This document shows positions 1-9,773 of a stretch of 64,000 bases of DNA, piece after piece. The stretch lies in assembly GCA_022791975.1 (NCBI GenBank), contig JAAWAC010000012.1, forward strand, positions 58,518-122,517, given 5' to 3'. This DNA is from Lachnospiraceae bacterium. GTDB lineage: Bacteria; Bacillota; Clostridia; Lachnospirales; Lachnospiraceae. Under the pieces are notes generated by a model. That model ran no database searches and was not told the DNA's origin. It saw only the letters and a program-made list of their open reading frames with translations. Each line of letters opens with the position of its first letter. Position 1 is the first letter of the stretch. The position numbers and the translations under genes are program-made.

Positions 1-464
1 CGCCCCTCAATTTCCAAGGGCATGGAAAAATACACCATCATCTGATCCGTAGAAGGATACGTCATGGTAAAGGCTGCCTCTCCGTCCAGGGCCAGCTGCA
101 AATCCTCCCTTGGCATGTAATCTGTGGTCCCTAAGTTTCCGTCTAAGTATTCTCCATTCTGGTTCAAAACGCTAAGGCGCCGCCCTCCGGTGCTATAGAG
201 CTCCCGAGCAATATCCCCGGCAATCCGGCGATAGCTCTCCTCGTCATTGTTGGCATTATTCATTATCAACAGCTGACGCACATAGACCCGGGTGTTTTCC
301 CGGATCACCTGGAGCTCCTGGGAAATCTGATTCTCCTGGCTGCGGGCAATCTGGGTGTGAATACTCCAATAGAGAAACAAACCACCGGCCAGAAACACTG
401 CCAACAGCACAGCCGCCATTCTTACCCGAATGCCAAACCGGATTTTTCCCGTCCTACGGAACAT
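1..464 (-). CDS. Probable sensor histidine kinase, N-terminal part (runs off the window start)
   Basis: Not in the ORF track. Open frame from ATG at 464 (MFRRTGKIRFGIRVRMAAVLLAVFLAGGLFLYWSIH...) with a transmembrane helix then an extracellular-like region; overlaps the stop of an OmpR-family regulator. The kinase core is outside the window. Confidence 0.7.
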   Translation of the reverse strand, partial: MFRRTGKIRFGIRVRMAAVLLAVFLAGGLFLYWSIHTQIARSQENQISQELQVIRENTRVYVRQLLIMNNANNDEESYRRIAGDIARELYSTGGRRLSVLNQNGEYLDGNLGTTDYMPREDLQLALDGEAAFTMTYPSTDQMMVYFSMPLEIEG

Positions 465-1131
465 ATTTATACCCCACTCCAAAAATTGTCACCAGCGTCT
501 CGTCCAGACCCGCCTTTTTGCGAATGCGCTGTACATGGATATCCACCGTCCGGGTATCCCCGGCAAAATCATATCCCCAAATCCGATCCAGAAGCACACT
601 CCGGGTAAATACCTGGCGGGGATGCTTTAAAAAGAACAGGAGCAGGTCATATTCTCTGGGCGTCAGACTTAAAAGCTCCCCCTGCCGGTATACACTGTGT
701 TCCCGCTCCACCACAGTCAAATCTCCGCATTGCCAGCGCTCCTCCTCTCCGTTTCCGTTAGCTCTGTCAAACCGACGCAGAATGGTTCTTACCCGGGCTA
801 CTACCTCCCGCAGATCAAAAGGCTTGGTGATATAATCGTCAGCTCCGGACTCCAGCCCGTAAAGCTTATCCTCCACATTTCCTCGGGCTGTCAACATTAC
901 AATAGGCAGTTTATACCGCTCTGTCAGCATCTGGCACACATCCACCCCACTTAAATCTGGCAGCATCCAGTCCAGCAATACCAGATCCGGCGGCTCCTGG
1001 CAGGCCATGACAAATCCCTCACCTCCAGTGTGAGCACACTTCACCAAAAACCCCTCCTTCTCAAAGCCATACTTTAAAATATCAGCAATGGGTTTCTCAT
1101 CCTCAATAATCAAGATCTTCCTTTCATCCAT
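454..1131 (-). CDS. OmpR/PhoB-family DNA-binding response regulator
   Basis: Receiver domain (IIEDE, LLDWMLP, DDYITKPF) plus winged helix (LTPREYDLL...TRTVDIHVQRIRKK...GVGY). Confidence 0.95.
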   Translation of the reverse strand: MDERKILIIEDEKPIADILKYGFEKEGFLVKCAHTGGEGFVMACQEPPDLVLLDWMLPDLSGVDVCQMLTERYKLPIVMLTARGNVEDKLYGLESGADDYITKPFDLREVVARVRTILRRFDRANGNGEEERWQCGDLTVVEREHSVYRQGELLSLTPREYDLLLFFLKHPRQVFTRSVLLDRIWGYDFAGDTRTVDIHVQRIRKKAGLDETLVTIFGVGYKYVP

Positions 1132-1250
1132 TTTCTTATCCCATCCCTTTCTGCTTCCATTCTACCCCTTCAGTATAACTCTCATATCTCTAAATTGTAA
1201 ATATTCTGTATCCGTACAGGCAAAAAATACAGGGTTCCTGCGCTTTCCAT

Positions 1251-1279
1251 GCATAAATCACCAATTTTTACAAATAATA
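1251..1279 (+). promoter_or_regulatory. SigG-type (forespore) promoter for spoVT
   Basis: GCATA (1251-1255), 17 nt, AATAATA (1273-1279) fits GHATA-N17/18-MAWAMTA; spoVT is a known forespore gene. Confidence 0.6.
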
Positions 1280-1344
1280 ACTCCATCAGAGACCATAAAG
1301 AACAAGGAGGCTGCCAGGTCTCCTGGAAGATGGAGGAAAAAGAA

Positions 1345-1893
1345 TTGAAAGCGACTGGTATTGTAAGACGTATTGATGACCTGGGACGTGTGGTGATACC
1401 CAAAGAAATCCGCAGAACACTCCGGATTCGGGAGGGGGACCCTCTGGAAATATTTACCGACCGGGAAGGTGAGATTATTCTGAAAAAATATTCGCCCATT
1501 GGAGAGCTGGGTCTTTTTGCCAGACAGTATGCGGAGAGCCTGGCTCAGACCACCGGCCTGATGGTATGTGTGGCCGACCGGGATGCAGTAATCGCGGCCG
1601 CTGGAGGCGCCAAAAAGGATTACCTGGGAAAGCCCATCAGCAAGCAGCTGGAGGATATTATCCAGGAGAGAGAAAGCCTCCAGGCCAATGCCGGCGAACG
1701 CAAATATGTACGTATTCTTAATGAGGAGATGGAGGATTGCTATGCAGAAACCATCAGTCCTGTCTTATGTGAAGGCGATGCCATTGGGGCTGTTATATTA
1801 TTCAGCAAAGACCCCAAAGCAAGAATGGGGGAAACCGAACAAAAGCTGGCTCTTTCAGCAGCCGGATTTCTGGGCCGCCAGATGGAACAATAG
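1345..1893 (+). CDS. spoVT: Stage V sporulation protein T (AbrB N-domain + GAF)
   Basis: (M)KATGIVRRIDDLGRVVIPKEIRRTLRIREGDPLEIF signature and C-terminal AAGFLGRQMEQ; TTG start at 1345 preceded by GGAGG at 1332-1336. Confidence 0.95.
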   Translation: MKATGIVRRIDDLGRVVIPKEIRRTLRIREGDPLEIFTDREGEIILKKYSPIGELGLFARQYAESLAQTTGLMVCVADRDAVIAAAGGAKKDYLGKPISKQLEDIIQERESLQANAGERKYVRILNEEMEDCYAETISPVLCEGDAIGAVILFSKDPKARMGETEQKLALSAAGFLGRQMEQ

Positions 1894-1911
1894 GAAAAAA
1901 AGAGTATTATA

Positions 1912-1949
1912 CAGGCCAGTGTTATCAAACCTTTGATGACACTGGCCTG
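1912..1949. terminator. Bidirectional intrinsic terminator between convergent spoVT and the P-II-like gene
   Basis: CAGGCCAGTGTTATCAAA-CC-TTTGATGACACTGGCCTG inverted repeat. Confidence 0.75.
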
Positions 1950-1964
1950 CTGTTCTTTTCCTGA

Positions 1965-2645
1965 CTATCCTAAGCGCACCGTCTCCTCCAATCCAATGGA
2001 GCAGAGAATGGCTCCCGCCTCACTTTCTCTTCCGTGCTTTTTTTGTATGGTCTCCATTATCACATTCCGCTTTTCCTTGGAGGCTACTATGGCAATCAAC
2101 TCTTTTTCCGCCTGAAGGGGAATACCGTAGATGGAGGCTGCCTCCTCCTGCCCCGCCCAGCGGGAGCGCAGAATAGTGCCACCCCTGGCTCCGGCTGCCC
2201 GGGCCGTATTCATCACTTCCTCCGTGTGTCCCTGATTCACCACAATCAGAACCAGACTGTTCTCCTGTTCCTGTTCCATGCCTTCCCCTCCGTTTCTGTT
2301 TTCCGCCTTTCCCTGACGCAAAAGCTGGGCTCCCGGTATGCTGCTAATGGCATTGAGGGGAAGCAAAAAGGCAATCCCCTTTACCCGCAGGGATTCCCCG
2401 CCCTCTTCTCTCAGCTGCTTCATCAGCCTGTCACAAAGGCTCCCCGCCGCCAGGCTAAACACTACGTCCCGCTCCGTGCCTCCCAGCCCCAACACATCCA
2501 GCAAATCCGAGGAGGCTGTTCCCCGTCCCTTGCTCTGAAAATGAACCTTTATCTGGTTTTTCTCGTAAAATCGGATCACAGCCTTCCCCTGTCCATGCTC
2601 CACAATAGTCACAATCCATTTGATAACCTCTCTTCTATGACTCAA
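1965..2645 (-). CDS. P-II-like (GlnB superfamily) protein with two tandem domains
   Basis: Two similar halves (IVTIVEHGQG...GRGT...GIAFLLPL and LIVVNQGHTEEVMNTARAAGARGGTIL...EKELIAIV...GAILCSIGL); lies downstream of a DUF1538 gene, the usual pairing. Confidence 0.75.
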   Translation of the reverse strand: MSHRREVIKWIVTIVEHGQGKAVIRFYEKNQIKVHFQSKGRGTASSDLLDVLGLGGTERDVVFSLAAGSLCDRLMKQLREEGGESLRVKGIAFLLPLNAISSIPGAQLLRQGKAENRNGGEGMEQEQENSLVLIVVNQGHTEEVMNTARAAGARGGTILRSRWAGQEEAASIYGIPLQAEKELIAIVASKEKRNVIMETIQKKHGRESEAGAILCSIGLEETVRLG

Positions 2646-2676
2646 CCTGTCCTCTCCTTATCTGAAACATTCCCTG

Positions 2677-4200
2677 TCAGTCAAAATACAAAATCCCTTC
2701 CTCCACAGCCTCCGGGGCAAATACAGGCAGTCTCCTGCGTCCGCTTTTCTGCCGCAGCTTTCCGTAAAGTCCCACAAGCTGAATCGTTACCAGAGGCGTC
2801 ATAGCCACCATAGCCACCATGCCAAAAGCATCGGTGAGAATATTTCCTCCCACAGCTACGCAGGCGCCCTGGGCCAGCGGCAAGAGAAAGGTGGCCGTCA
2901 TAGGCCCGCTGGCCACTCCGCCGGAGTCAAAGGCAATGCCTGTAAAAATCTGGGGCACAAAAAAGGTCATAAGCAGAGAAATCCCATATCCTGGTATGAG
3001 AAACCAGAAAATAGATACCCCTGTGAGAATCCGAAGCAAAGACAATCCTACAGACACTGCCACTCCCAAAGACAAGCTTATCTGAATAGAATGCTGACTA
3101 ATGGACCCATTGGATATTTCTTCGACCTGGCGGGTGAGCACCTGAACCGCAGGCTCAGCTTTAACGATAAAGTATCCCATTAACATCCCTGGTGGGATCA
3201 GCATCCAGGGACTTTTTCCTCCGGCCATTGAGGAGCCAATAAGCTGCCCGGCCGGCATAAATCCCACATTTACTCCTGTGAGAAACAATACCAGTCCCAG
3301 ATATGCGTAGAAAAGCCCCATGCTGATACGGATCACCTGGTAGAGGGTAAACCGCCGATAGCACAGCTGAAACAGGAAAAATAGGAGAACAATGGGAAGC
3401 ATGGCTGTGAGCACCTCCGCCCCGTACTCTGGCAGAGTCCCGGCAAAGCAGGCCGCTGCATCCAGGGTAGTCTCCACCAGCGGAATCTGGGACAGCTCCT
3501 GGGCCTCCTGCCGGGGCCGGTACAGGATTCCCAGCAGGAGCACCGACAGCACCGGTCCAATGCTGCAAAGGGAAATCAGGCCAAAGCTGTCGCTCTCCGA
3601 CTGGCTGTCACTTCGCACAGAGGCCATGCCCACTCCCAGAGACATAATAAAGGGAACCGTAATCGGGCCTGTGGTCACTCCCCCGGAGTCAAAGGAAACC
3701 GGCACAAAGGCCTCCGGTGCCAGAGCTGCCAGGAAAAATACAATTCCATAAAAAAATACCAGCAAATGAGACAGAGGGATTTTCAGCAGCATGCGAAGCT
3801 GGGAAAACAGGAGAAAGACTCCCACCCCCACAGCTACAGTCCATATCAACACCTGATTGGGGATGGAGGACACCTGATTGGCCAGTACCTGTAAATCCGG
3901 CTCCGCCATGGTGATAACCACCCCCAGTACAAAACAAAACACTAAGGGCACCCACATGTGTTTGCGCCTGCTGATAAACACTCCCATTCCCTCACCCATG
4001 GGAATCATGGAAATCTCCACCCCAAGGGTAAAAAAGCCCATCCCAAACACCAACAACAGGGCTCCAAATAAAAAAAGCACCAGCGTGCCCGGTGTCAAAG
4101 GCACCACCAGCACACTCAATGCCAGCACAATTCCTGTAATGGGCAACACAGCTGCCACCGATTCCTTTACCTTTTCTTTTAAAAGCGCATTGTGTAACAA
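2677..4200 (-). CDS. DUF1538-family polytopic membrane protein (duplicated domain)
   Basis: Highly hydrophobic; repeated motifs AEPDLQVL/AEPAVQVL and FDSGGVTTGPITVPF/FDSGGVASGPMTATF. Confidence 0.85.
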   Translation of the reverse strand: MLHNALLKEKVKESVAAVLPITGIVLALSVLVVPLTPGTLVLFLFGALLLVFGMGFFTLGVEISMIPMGEGMGVFISRRKHMWVPLVFCFVLGVVITMAEPDLQVLANQVSSIPNQVLIWTVAVGVGVFLLFSQLRMLLKIPLSHLLVFFYGIVFFLAALAPEAFVPVSFDSGGVTTGPITVPFIMSLGVGMASVRSDSQSESDSFGLISLCSIGPVLSVLLLGILYRPRQEAQELSQIPLVETTLDAAACFAGTLPEYGAEVLTAMLPIVLLFFLFQLCYRRFTLYQVIRISMGLFYAYLGLVLFLTGVNVGFMPAGQLIGSSMAGGKSPWMLIPPGMLMGYFIVKAEPAVQVLTRQVEEISNGSISQHSIQISLSLGVAVSVGLSLLRILTGVSIFWFLIPGYGISLLMTFFVPQIFTGIAFDSGGVASGPMTATFLLPLAQGACVAVGGNILTDAFGMVAMVAMTPLVTIQLVGLYGKLRQKSGRRRLPVFAPEAVEEGILYFD

Positions 4201-4475
4201 ACAACTCCTCCTCTGCTTTCCCTTGACCAGCCTCCTTTTGAGGCCTCTTTACCTTCTTTTTTCTATTGTAGCTTACCATCTCCTATTCCGCAATAAAGTT
4301 TCCGTTAAGCTTTTATAAAAGAAAACCATTTGAAGTCTGTCTACAGTCCCACATTTCCTTGCGTCTTTGTGGCCAATCCGTTATACTAAAAAGCAGCAAA
4401 GCCAAACACTCCTGCGGAGGCGGTTCCTTCCACTGGATCATCCTTTGCAGAATAAAGAAAAAAGGAGCGCAATAC

Positions 4476-5660
4476 ATGAAAGTTTTAGTATGCAACGCAG
4501 GCAGCACTTCCCTGAAATTCAAGCTGTTCCACATGCCCGGGGATCAGGTTCTGGCCGAAGGCAAGGTAGAGCGGGTGGGAAGCCAGGACAGCGCCATCTA
4601 CCACTTTAAAAAGCCAAATGGCTATAAAATCTACCGGGAGGGCTTGTGTATTCCCACCTATACGGAAGGCATCCAGCTGTTTCTGGACTGCCTGTTGGAT
4701 CCCCAGGAGGGTGTTCTGGGAAGCCTCCACGAGCTGGAGCGGGTGGGCTTTAAGACAGTCCTCTCCAAGGGGCATTATGGCATCCATCCATTGACCCCTG
4801 AGGTTCTCAAAGGCATGGAGGACTATCTGGTGGTGGCCCCCGCCCACAACATCCCCTATTTGGAAGCTATCCGCCAGTTTCAAAAGCTGACTCCCCAGGC
4901 CATGCTGGTAGGGGTCTTTGAGACTGCTTTTCACACTACCATTCCCCTGGAGCGAAAAATGTATGGCATCCCCTATGAATGGTATGAGAAATATGGCATT
5001 GAGCGGCTGGGCTATCACGGTGCTTCCCACAGCTATGTGGCGGACACCCTGGCTGGACAGTATGGCAGTACCGGAAAGGCCATTTCCTGTCACCTAGGAG
5101 GCAGCGGCTCTCTGTGTGCCATTGACAACGGCAAGAGCGTGGACACCAGCTTTGGTCTGTCCCTCCAGACGGGGCTTATCCAGTCCAACCGCAATGGGGA
5201 CATGGACCCCTTTATCATTCCCTTTCTGCAAAAGGAAGGCCTGTCCCTGGATGAAATTCTGGAGGGCTTAAGCAAGCGAGGGGGACTCCTGGGCATTTCT
5301 GGGGTCAGCAATGACCTGCGTCTGGTGGAGGAAGCTGCCCAACAAGGGAACTCCCGGGCTGCCCTGGCCATCGATGTGTTCTGCAATGGCATTATCCGCT
5401 ATATTGGTTCCTATTATGCAGAGCTGGGAGGCCTTCAGCATCTGGTCTTTACCGGCGGCATCGGGGAGCACAGCGCCACGGTCCGCGAAAAGGTTTGTGA
5501 TTCCCTGGGGCATATGGGCATCTGGCTGGACCCGGCCAAAAATATTTCCTACACGGAAAACGCCGTGATCTCCACCCCGGACTCTCCTGTTACCATCCAT
5601 GTGATACCGGCCAATGAGGAGCTGGGCGTGGCTCGGAAAACCTACAGCTGTCAGTCCTAA
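4476..5660 (+). CDS. ackA: Acetate/propionate kinase family protein (non-canonical active-site motifs)
   Basis: MKVLVCNAGSTSLKFKLF, CHLG, SGVSNDLR, LVFTGGIGE, PANEE motifs; AAGGAG RBS before ATG 4476. Confidence 0.85.
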   Translation: MKVLVCNAGSTSLKFKLFHMPGDQVLAEGKVERVGSQDSAIYHFKKPNGYKIYREGLCIPTYTEGIQLFLDCLLDPQEGVLGSLHELERVGFKTVLSKGHYGIHPLTPEVLKGMEDYLVVAPAHNIPYLEAIRQFQKLTPQAMLVGVFETAFHTTIPLERKMYGIPYEWYEKYGIERLGYHGASHSYVADTLAGQYGSTGKAISCHLGGSGSLCAIDNGKSVDTSFGLSLQTGLIQSNRNGDMDPFIIPFLQKEGLSLDEILEGLSKRGGLLGISGVSNDLRLVEEAAQQGNSRAALAIDVFCNGIIRYIGSYYAELGGLQHLVFTGGIGEHSATVREKVCDSLGHMGIWLDPAKNISYTENAVISTPDSPVTIHVIPANEELGVARKTYSCQS

Positions 5661-5666
5661 AAGCAG

Positions 5667-5720
5667 AAACAGGGCCGGGCGCAGAGGAAAACCTCTTGTG
5701 CGCCCAAGCCCTGTTTTTCT
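5667..5720. terminator. Bidirectional terminator between convergent ackA and DUF1622 gene
   Basis: AAACAGGGC-CGGGCGCA-GAGG-AAAA-CCTC-TTGTGCGCCC-AA-GCCCTGTTT hairpin followed by a T-tract. Confidence 0.75.
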
Positions 5721-5771
5721 TTTTCTGTCATCAGCTTTTTCCAGCCAATCGCCTAATAAAATGGAAATTTC

Positions 5772-6101
5772 TTACATTCCCTCTTTATGCTCCGCCTGCT
5801 CATTCTTAATCTCCCAGTGAATCAGGAAGGTTAACGCTGCCCGAAGGGCAATGATGCTGGCCACAATCATAATCTCCGACATCTCCCGGACAATTACCGT
5901 GCGCAGCACCTCGCTGCCCAGCTTAAACTCCAGTCCCATGGCCATCCCCTTGGCCAGATTCAATCGGGTCAGCGGCTCGTGGCGGATATAGTCTATAATT
6001 CCCCGAATGCCGGAGGCAATGATCACCAGCACCCCCACAAACTCAAACAACAAAATGGCTCCATCCACCAGTATATTTAACCACTCATGAAACATCTCCA
6101 T
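5772..6101 (-). CDS. DUF1622-family small membrane protein
   Basis: RLNLAKGMAMGLEFKLGSEVLRTV...IIALRAALTFLIHWEI pattern. Confidence 0.8.
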   Translation of the reverse strand: MEMFHEWLNILVDGAILLFEFVGVLVIIASGIRGIIDYIRHEPLTRLNLAKGMAMGLEFKLGSEVLRTVIVREMSEIMIVASIIALRAALTFLIHWEIKNEQAEHKEGM

Positions 6102-6140
6102 GGCTTTTCTTCTGCTCCCTTCCTGTTTCTCCCAAGGTAC

Positions 6141-7379
6141 CTATTTAAGCTTCTCCCGAATCACATCCATCGCTGTCTGGAGCTGATTATCCTCCTCATG
6201 GGTAATCACTGCTTTTCCCTTTAGCTCCTCAGCCAAATCCACCTCCACATCTGGCGCAATGCCCACGTTGTGAATATCGTTTCCATTGGGCGTATAATAT
6301 TTGGATATGGTAAGCTTTATGGCTGTGCCGTCAGTTAGCTGGAAGGGCTGCTGTACGATTCCCTTTCCGTATGTCTGGGTTCCCACAATGGTTCCCACCC
6401 CGTAATCCTTGATAGCGCCGGCAAAGATTTCCGAGGCACTGGCGCTGTTTCCATTTACCAGCACCACCAGAGGTTGATCAAAATAATGCTCCCCGTCAGA
6501 GCGGGCTTCCGTCCGATGTCCATATTTATCTTCCGTATACACAATCAGCCCCTCTGGCAGCATGAGATCTGCCATGGCTGTCACAGCCCGCACCACACCG
6601 CCTCCATTGTTCCGCAGATCGATAATCAGGCCCTCCATACCCATGCCCTCTAACTGCTCCAGCGCCGCCTCAAATTGGCTGCTGGTCACGGTATCAAACT
6701 CGCTGACGGCAATATAGCCGATCTGGTCATCCAGCATCTCCACCTCCACCGTAGGCACTTCAATGGGACGACGTTCCACATCCATCTCCAGGTAGTCCGA
6801 CTCTCCGTCCCGGACCATGGTCAAATGTACAGTGGTGCCCTCCGGTCCCTTGATCTCTGACACCAGCTTGGTGAGATCTTGGCCGGTGGCCTCCACTCCC
6901 TCCACCGCATAGAGAAGGTCCCCAGGCCGCATGCCAGCCTCCATGGCAGGAAATCCCTCGTAAACCTTCACCACGCTGATGATTCCCGTCTGGATACTCT
7001 GGGAGAACATGGCCCCAATTCCGCAGTAGCTGCCATTGCTGCTGTCCAGAAGGCTCTCAAATTCCTCCGCAGAATAGTAGGCGGCATAGGGGTCGGACAA
7101 CCCGTAAATCAAACCTGTATACAGGTAGTTTTCCACCTTCTCCTGATCCACCTCATCTAGAAAATTCTGGTTGATGATATCCTCCATTTCCTCCAGCTTT
7201 TCATATACGGAGGCATTGGTCACATCCAGCTGCCCTTCGTCTTTTTTGTTAAGGCCAGAAAACAGCCCTCCATCCGGAAACAGCCACACCTGAAAACCGA
7301 AAAACAAAACCAGTACCACCACAAGCGTGGCACCAATTCCGCAAAAAATACCCTTTCGAAATAATTTCTGCTCGTCCAT
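6141..7379 (-). CDS. S41-family carboxyl-terminal processing protease (PDZ + peptidase)
   Basis: N-terminal TM, GIG PDZ motif, DLRNNGGG, NGNSASASE catalytic Ser, TYGKG catalytic Lys. Confidence 0.92.
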   Translation of the reverse strand: MDEQKLFRKGIFCGIGATLVVVLVLFFGFQVWLFPDGGLFSGLNKKDEGQLDVTNASVYEKLEEMEDIINQNFLDEVDQEKVENYLYTGLIYGLSDPYAAYYSAEEFESLLDSSNGSYCGIGAMFSQSIQTGIISVVKVYEGFPAMEAGMRPGDLLYAVEGVEATGQDLTKLVSEIKGPEGTTVHLTMVRDGESDYLEMDVERRPIEVPTVEVEMLDDQIGYIAVSEFDTVTSSQFEAALEQLEGMGMEGLIIDLRNNGGGVVRAVTAMADLMLPEGLIVYTEDKYGHRTEARSDGEHYFDQPLVVLVNGNSASASEIFAGAIKDYGVGTIVGTQTYGKGIVQQPFQLTDGTAIKLTISKYYTPNGNDIHNVGIAPDVEVDLAEELKGKAVITHEEDNQLQTAMDVIREKLK

Positions 7380-7458
7380 AGATTCCTCTTTTTAGCTCCT
7401 TTTTATAAGCATACGCAATTTTCTTCTGTCCAATACCTGTCATGTATCCTGCGGCCTG

Positions 7459-8769
7459 TCAATTTACATAGCCAAGAGGATTTACATAAGTCCCATTTTT
7501 GATCACGCCAAAATGCAGATGGGGAGCCGTAGAATAGCCGGTGGAGCCCACTGCGGCAATAGTATCCCCTTTATTTACCTGCTGGCCTGCGGATACATAC
7601 AAGGCGGAACAATGCATATATACGGTGGACAAACCGCCTCCGTGGGAGATGACAATATAATTCCCCGCAGAACCACTGTAGGCTGCCGTTGTCACCACAC
7701 CGGAGCTGGCCGCCAGAATCGCCGATCCTGTGGAGGCCCCGATATCGATCCCCTTATGGTTGGTGGAGGCTCCGGCTACCGGCGCTTCCCGGTTTCCAAA
7801 GCCGCTGGTAATGCGATGGCTGGCCGGACAGGGCCAGATAAATCCTGACGCTCCCCCATCCCCGTCATTGGCTCCCGCGTTGGCCGCTGCCGCTGCCGCA
7901 ATGGCCGCCTCCGCCTGCTCCAGAGCCTTTTCCTGAGCCAACAGCTGTTTTTCATAATCTTCCGCATCTGCCGAGGCTTCATTGATCAGATTCTGATAAT
8001 TGTTGATCTCCTGGGTCTTGGTCTGGATAAGCAGATCCACGGCCTCCTTCTGTTCTGCCAATCCCTCGGACAAAGTCTCAAGCTCCACCTCCTGCTGCTC
8101 CAACTCTGCTTTGTAGGCCGCCACATTGTCCTTCACAGCAATATATTCATCCAGCATATTTCTGTCATATTGATTCATCTGGGAAATATAATCAATTTTA
8201 CTTAGCATATCAGAAATACTTTTGGAGGTGAGTATGGTTTCCAGGTAAGACATACTTCCATTTTCGTACATATACTGGATTCGGATCTTCATATTTTCAT
8301 ACTGCGTATCCGCTGTCCTCTGGGCCTCCTCCAGCTCCAACTGCGTGGCCTCGATGTCCTCCTGCTTCTGACGGATCTCCCCTTCCACCTTCTCGATCTC
8401 CGCCCCCAGATTCTTAGCCTCCGCGTCAAGCTTATTGATGTAGCTCTGGAGGTTGCTCTTGGACTGCTCTAGCTCCTCGATCCGATCTTTTACGGAGCCA
8501 ATGCTGTTTTTAATATTGTTAATCTGATTCAACAGATCCTTGCGTCTCTGCTCCAGCTCGCTGGTGTCAATTTTAGGCTTGTTAGTACCTTTCGAACCGC
8601 CTCCGGAAGTGCTGCCCTCCTCTGTGCTTATCACAGCCTTGTCTCCTGTTTCTGTGGCCCGAACGCTTAAGCTTGCCAGCAGAATTGGTAACAAAAGAAG
8701 GAGCATACCCCCATAAAATTTTGGCTTCCATTTTTTTACAAACTGATGTTCATCCTTTTTCTCGCTCAA
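7459..8769 (-). CDS. EnvC-like coiled-coil + M23 peptidase (FtsEX-associated murein hydrolase or activator)
   Basis: Signal/TM, long coiled coil with IQYMYENG, C-terminal HKGID...YMH...GSTGYSTAPHLHF; follows ftsEX. Confidence 0.9.
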   Translation of the reverse strand: MSEKKDEHQFVKKWKPKFYGGMLLLLLPILLASLSVRATETGDKAVISTEEGSTSGGGSKGTNKPKIDTSELEQRRKDLLNQINNIKNSIGSVKDRIEELEQSKSNLQSYINKLDAEAKNLGAEIEKVEGEIRQKQEDIEATQLELEEAQRTADTQYENMKIRIQYMYENGSMSYLETILTSKSISDMLSKIDYISQMNQYDRNMLDEYIAVKDNVAAYKAELEQQEVELETLSEGLAEQKEAVDLLIQTKTQEINNYQNLINEASADAEDYEKQLLAQEKALEQAEAAIAAAAAANAGANDGDGGASGFIWPCPASHRITSGFGNREAPVAGASTNHKGIDIGASTGSAILAASSGVVTTAAYSGSAGNYIVISHGGGLSTVYMHCSALYVSAGQQVNKGDTIAAVGSTGYSTAPHLHFGVIKNGTYVNPLGYVN

Positions 8770-8864
8770 ATCTTTTCATACTCCTCAGCTTATGTACCCA
8801 GGGCTGCCCAGAGAACAACCTGCATCCGATTCCGTGGATCTCATTGCCTCTTCTTGCATTTCCT

Positions 8865-9773
8865 CTACACCCGCAGATGCTTGCGGATGGTGAAAAAGCT
8901 GCCAAAAAATCCGATTCCCACTCCCAATAGCATACCTGTGGGAAGAAGAATCTCAAATAATTCATTCACCGGAAGGAATTTCATAAATCCAGTGAGCAGA
9001 TTGAATTGCTCCTCCAGATAGCTGGTCAGCGAATTATAGAGATAATACAGAAGTCCCAGTGGCAGGGCAGCGCCAATGAGGCCGATTAAGATGCCCTCCA
9101 CCACAAAGGGTGCCTTGATAAAGGAGTTGGTAGCTCCGATTAGCCGCATTATGGCAATTTCTTCCTTTCTCACAGCAATTCCGATGGTGACCGTATTGCT
9201 GATCAGGAACACAGACACACACAAGAGCAAGAGAATCACGGAAATAGAAATATATCCCACCAACAGATTAAAATTGGACAGAATATCTGCCACCTCCTGG
9301 GAGGCTCGCACCCGGCGCACTCCTTCCAGAGATTCGATATAAACCACCAGATCCGCCTGGAGAGACACATCGTCCAGATATACCTCATAGTGAGCATAAT
9401 CCACCAGGGGATTGTCTTCCGCAAAGCCATCCGCCAGCTCCGGACGCTCTGCAAAATAGACCCCCTTAAAGGAATCCCATGCCTGCTCCGGGGTCACAAA
9501 TTCTACCCTGGCCACCCCGTCCCGGGCCTTGATCTCCTCGCCAACTGCCTCCATGGTCTCCTGGGACGTATCCTTCTCAAAATACACGATCATGGTCACA
9601 GCCTCTTCCGCTTCCTTCACAATGGACTGAAAATTTTGCACCACGGCAAAAAAGATCCCAAAGAGAAAAATACAGGCGGACATGGTGGCGATGGATGCCA
9701 GGGAAAACATCTTATTTCTCCAAATATTTTTAAGACCCTGCTTTAAGCAGTAGCCAATGGTACTAATCCGCAT
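8865..9773 (-). CDS. ftsX: Cell division permease-like protein FtsX
   Basis: MRISTIGYCLKQGLKNIWRNKMFSLASI...ISNTV...RKEEIAIMRLIGAT..FIKAPFVVEG; start overlaps the end of ftsE. Confidence 0.93.
   Translation of the reverse strand: MRISTIGYCLKQGLKNIWRNKMFSLASIATMSACIFLFGIFFAVVQNFQSIVKEAEEAVTMIVYFEKDTSQETMEAVGEEIKARDGVARVEFVTPEQAWDSFKGVYFAERPELADGFAEDNPLVDYAHYEVYLDDVSLQADLVVYIESLEGVRRVRASQEVADILSNFNLLVGYISISVILLLLCVSVFLISNTVTIGIAVRKEEIAIMRLIGATNSFIKAPFVVEGILIGLIGAALPLGLLYYLYNSLTSYLEEQFNLLTGFMKFLPVNELFEILLPTGMLLGVGIGFFGSFFTIRKHLRV

Noticed and set aside
8770-8864. Possible small ORF between ftsX and the envC-like gene
   Set aside because: Only about 24 codons, weak RBS and no recognisable features.
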